A stretch of 17,717 nucleotides of DNA, from positions 1 to 17,717 of the forward strand of contig JAWXTK010000027.1 in the NCBI GenBank assembly GCA_044433645.1, read 5' to 3'. This document shows, piece by piece, positions 15,173 through 17,717 of this stretch (its first letter is position 1; each line of letters starts with the position of its first letter). The notes beneath the pieces were generated by a model, which saw only the letters and a program-made list of their open reading frames with translations, searched no databases and was not told the DNA's origin. Origin of the DNA: Rikenellaceae bacterium. Lineage in GTDB: Bacteria; Bacteroidota; Bacteroidia; Bacteroidales; Rikenellaceae. A program made the translations under genes and the position numbers.

Positions 15173-16715
15173 GAAGTTAACATATATTATCCTTAGTTTA
15201 CTTTGTGTGTGCGCTACAAATAATCTTGGCGCAAAAACCACAGCTGTGAAATTCAAAAATAACGAGAAGTGGTGGGGCTTTTATGTCAATGACTCGCCCT
15301 CGCAACCTTTTATGCAGCCTTTTAGCGAAACGACTAATCAGTATAAAGAGGGTGGTGGGTTTACTAAAGCCGTGATGCTGTCTTCTGAGGGACGTTATAT
15401 GTGGTGCGCTGATGAGGCTCAGGTGCGTTTTACGGGTGATTCCCTGGTGGTGAAATCTGCTAGCGAAGTGAAAATTAATAAAGGTGGGCGTAATCTTCGT
15501 GAAGCCTTCTTGGTGTGTTGTCACAAAAATTTTCCTCCTTCAAATAAGCTCCCTTCGAGCGAACTTATAACCTCTATTGTATATGAAACATCCTCGGAGC
15601 TAGGTTTTGAGCAAGACCAACAGTCGCTTCTTGCTTATGCCAAGCGTTTGAAAGAAGAGGGTTACCCTACCGGTGTTATAGTTTTGGGAAATGGCTGGAG
15701 AAACCTTAGTGGTTCGTGCGATTTTAATAAACAGCTTTATCCCGATGCTAAGGCCATGGTGGAGACGCTGCATAAAATGGGATTTAAACTTATGCTAACT
15801 TACACCCCTCTTATTACTCCGGTGGGTGTGGATTACATGAATCTTAGAGATAAAAATCTGTTGCTCAAAAACAAGCGTGGCACAGTGCAAATTGTGCGCA
15901 ATGATGCTGGTTATCAGGCCTGTGTGAATATAGCTTTGTCTGAGGCATCATCTATGTTAAAATCTGAGGTTGATTACCTAAGAGATATGTATAACATAGA
16001 CGGTTTTAGATATGATGCTAGTGCCGTGTTACCTTTTTTGAACAACACGGGGGCTAAGGATGCTTTTATGCGCGAGTGGCTGAGCTTTGGTAAGAGCGAT
16101 AGAGTTAAAGAGTATATGCCTGGGCTTATGGATAAGTTTATGGTACACGTTAATTGCTTTGAGGATAATACGCCTATTAGCTATAAAACGCTTAATGCTA
16201 GGATAAATAATTTGATTTCCTCGGCTTTGTGTGGTTATGGCTACACCCATAGTTTGATATCTAAGAGCGTGGCTGAAGCTGCGTATGAGGATGAACTTTT
16301 AATGGCTTATTACTTGCAACTAGCGGCCTTTATGCCTGTGTGTTCGGTGGATTTTGCGCCTTGGAGAGTCGAGGATGAAAAATTAAGAGAGAGAATTAAA
16401 CAAATGTACACAATAAGAAGTTCAATAAGTGAGTTTTTAAATAAAGCCTTGGACGGACTTGGTGCTAGCTCTGAGCCTATAATTAGGAATATGGAGTATC
16501 AATTCCCACGCCTTGGATACTCTGATTGTATTAATCAATTTATGTTTATTGATAAATACATGGTTGTTTTGCCCGAGCAAAATTCCTCTAAAACTCTAGT
16601 GAGATTCCCTCGTGGAGTGTGGAAATCGGCTAAGGGTGAGATAATTAAAGGCCCTATTGTTAAGAGTATCAGTGCCGAAAAAGGCCAAATACTTTACTTT
16701 GAACTAACAAACTAG
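15165..16715 (+). CDS. Secreted glycoside hydrolase, GH31 / clan GH-D-like TIM barrel
   Basis: Signal peptide MNKKLTYIILSLLCVCATNNLGA. GVIVLGNGWRNLSGSCDFNKQLYPDAKAMVETLHKMGFKLMLTYTPLI resembles the GH31 and GH27/36 block (viDdgW....F.fd...FPdp..mv..Lh..G.k..l...P.i). IDGFRYDAS resembles the nucleophile block (vDGfW.DMnE / DYLK.D). The exact family is uncertain. Confidence 0.5.
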   Translation: MNKKLTYIILSLLCVCATNNLGAKTTAVKFKNNEKWWGFYVNDSPSQPFMQPFSETTNQYKEGGGFTKAVMLSSEGRYMWCADEAQVRFTGDSLVVKSASEVKINKGGRNLREAFLVCCHKNFPPSNKLPSSELITSIVYETSSELGFEQDQQSLLAYAKRLKEEGYPTGVIVLGNGWRNLSGSCDFNKQLYPDAKAMVETLHKMGFKLMLTYTPLITPVGVDYMNLRDKNLLLKNKRGTVQIVRNDAGYQACVNIALSEASSMLKSEVDYLRDMYNIDGFRYDASAVLPFLNNTGAKDAFMREWLSFGKSDRVKEYMPGLMDKFMVHVNCFEDNTPISYKTLNARINNLISSALCGYGYTHSLISKSVAEAAYEDELLMAYYLQLAAFMPVCSVDFAPWRVEDEKLRERIKQMYTIRSSISEFLNKALDGLGASSEPIIRNMEYQFPRLGYSDCINQFMFIDKYMVVLPEQNSSKTLVRFPRGVWKSAKGEIIKGPIVKSISAEKGQILYFELTN

Positions 16716-16737
16716 AAACTAAAAAAAAACTATAAAT

Positions 16738-17592
16738 ATGCTAAGCAACGAACAAAGAATATTTCTGCTAACTAAAGCATACAATGCAGCACTTAGAGCA
16801 GGCAAGGTTATACTTGAATTATATGAGCAGGGCGCTGATAAAAACCAAGATATAGACCTTAAAACAGATTTGACACCTATTACTTTGGCAGATTTGCGAG
16901 CTCACGCAACTATCAAAGAATATCTTTCGCAAACACGCATACCTCTCTTGTCGGAAGAAGGGCGCGAGATGCAATATTTTGAGCGTTCACATTGGGACTT
17001 GTTTTGGATGGTTGACCCCCTGGATGGAACTAAGGAATTTTTGAAACGTAACGGAGAATTTACGGTGAGTATAGCTCTTATGGTGGATAATAAACCTCAG
17101 TTAGGGGTGATTTATGTGCCTTATTTAAGCAAAATTTACTTTAGCGACACCCAAGAAGGTTCGTTTGTTAAAGTTAATGCAGTGGCTGATGAGAATGCTG
17201 ATTTTAGCTATGCAGACATAGTTGAGGGTTGTGAGTCTTTGCCACTTAAAACTGAGTGTAACTCGCCTATAAAAGTAGGGGTGAGTCGCTCACATATTAA
17301 TGAGTTGACCTATAAATATATAGACTCACTTAGAGAAAAATATCCAGATTTGGAGACCGTGATTCAGGGTAGTTCTTATAAATTTTGTTTGCTAGCCGAG
17401 GGTGTAATAGACTATTATGTGCGTACAACAAATACCTATGAATGGGATACGGCAGCTGGCGAAGTTATACTGCAAATGACTGGTGGTGAAACACTTGAGT
17501 TAGATTCGCTGAAACCTATGGATTATAACAAAGAGAGTAGCTTGCAAAATCCTTTCTTTGTGTGCAAAAGCAAATTTTTTAAAGAAAAATAA
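16738..17592 (+). CDS. cysQ: Inositol-monophosphatase-family phosphatase, likely 3'(2'),5'-bisphosphate nucleotidase (CysQ-like)
   Basis: Diagnostic IMPase motif WMVDPLDGTKEFLKRNGEFTVSIALMVDNKPQLGVIYVP, with the E..E upstream (LLSEEGRE) and WDTAAG near the C-terminus. Size (284 aa) and overall pattern match CysQ. Confidence 0.7.
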   Translation: MLSNEQRIFLLTKAYNAALRAGKVILELYEQGADKNQDIDLKTDLTPITLADLRAHATIKEYLSQTRIPLLSEEGREMQYFERSHWDLFWMVDPLDGTKEFLKRNGEFTVSIALMVDNKPQLGVIYVPYLSKIYFSDTQEGSFVKVNAVADENADFSYADIVEGCESLPLKTECNSPIKVGVSRSHINELTYKYIDSLREKYPDLETVIQGSSYKFCLLAEGVIDYYVRTTNTYEWDTAAGEVILQMTGGETLELDSLKPMDYNKESSLQNPFFVCKSKFFKEK

Positions 17593-17717
17593 CTAATAAC
17601 TTAAGGGGACTTCTAAAAATTAAGTCTTTGTAATTCAGTAAATTATCACTATCTTTACATTGTAATTAAAGCAAATGCAGATATGATTTTTAAGAGTACA
17701 GGTAAGCGAGGATTGTT

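Noticed and set aside
17603-17700. Weak hairpin gactt-ctaaaaatt-aagtc followed by tttg after cysQ, and a possible gene start at ATG 17694.
   Set aside because: The 5-bp AT-rich stem is too weak to call a terminator. The putative downstream ORF has only 8 codons in the window and cannot be evaluated.
1-17717. Search for mobile-element, CRISPR, tRNA or rRNA signatures (long inverted or direct repeats, repeat-spacer periodicity, tRNA cloverleaf-like GC-rich stems, integrase/transposase-like ORFs).
   Set aside because: None found by eye. All long ORFs are accounted for by the assignments above. No periodic repeats longer than ~12 bp, and no recombinase-like ORFs.

Overview
AT-rich (about 40% GC by eye) chromosomal segment with the hallmarks of Bacteroidota: lipoprotein signal peptides ending in a lipobox Cys followed by acidic residues, and TAnnTTTG-type promoter boxes. 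Almost all coding is on the + strand with very short intergenic gaps. (1) 1..7578 is a co-directional operon-like block of secreted or surface proteins: a 5'-truncated ORF, an S1 sulfatase with an unusual active-site motif, a BspA-type LRR lipoprotein, a 770-aa lipoprotein with a C-terminal Fibrobacter-succinogenes-major-paralogous (FISUMP) domain, and two tandem paralogous GH114/GHL-like TIM-barrel proteins. A strong intrinsic terminator closes the block. (2) 7734..9061 is a surface lipoprotein with GLUG-like beta-helix repeats, split into two overlapping ORFs by a frameshift at a G4 tract. (3) 9107..11462 is a three-gene membrane module: SPFH/Band_7_1 with a DUF4339/GYF-like C-terminus, a 4-TM protein, and a zinc-ribbon + TM2-domain protein. 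A terminator hairpin at 11490..11525 closes it. (4) rplU-rpmA (ribosomal proteins L21/L27) lie on the - strand with a recognisable Bacteroidetes promoter and their own terminator. (5) 12352..14819 is a tightly packed three-gene cassette: a pseudo-receiver, a membrane-anchored basic helical-repeat protein, and a GT2-fold membrane protein with a variant DxD. I consider this the best candidate for an undescribed regulatory or polysaccharide-synthesis module. (6) The window ends with DUF4286, a GH31/clan-GH-D-like glycoside hydrolase and a CysQ/inositol-monophosphatase-family phosphatase. I saw no tRNA or rRNA genes, CRISPR arrays, transposases, integrases or obvious mobile-element boundaries. All domain assignments come from motif recognition by eye and need HMM/BLAST confirmation.
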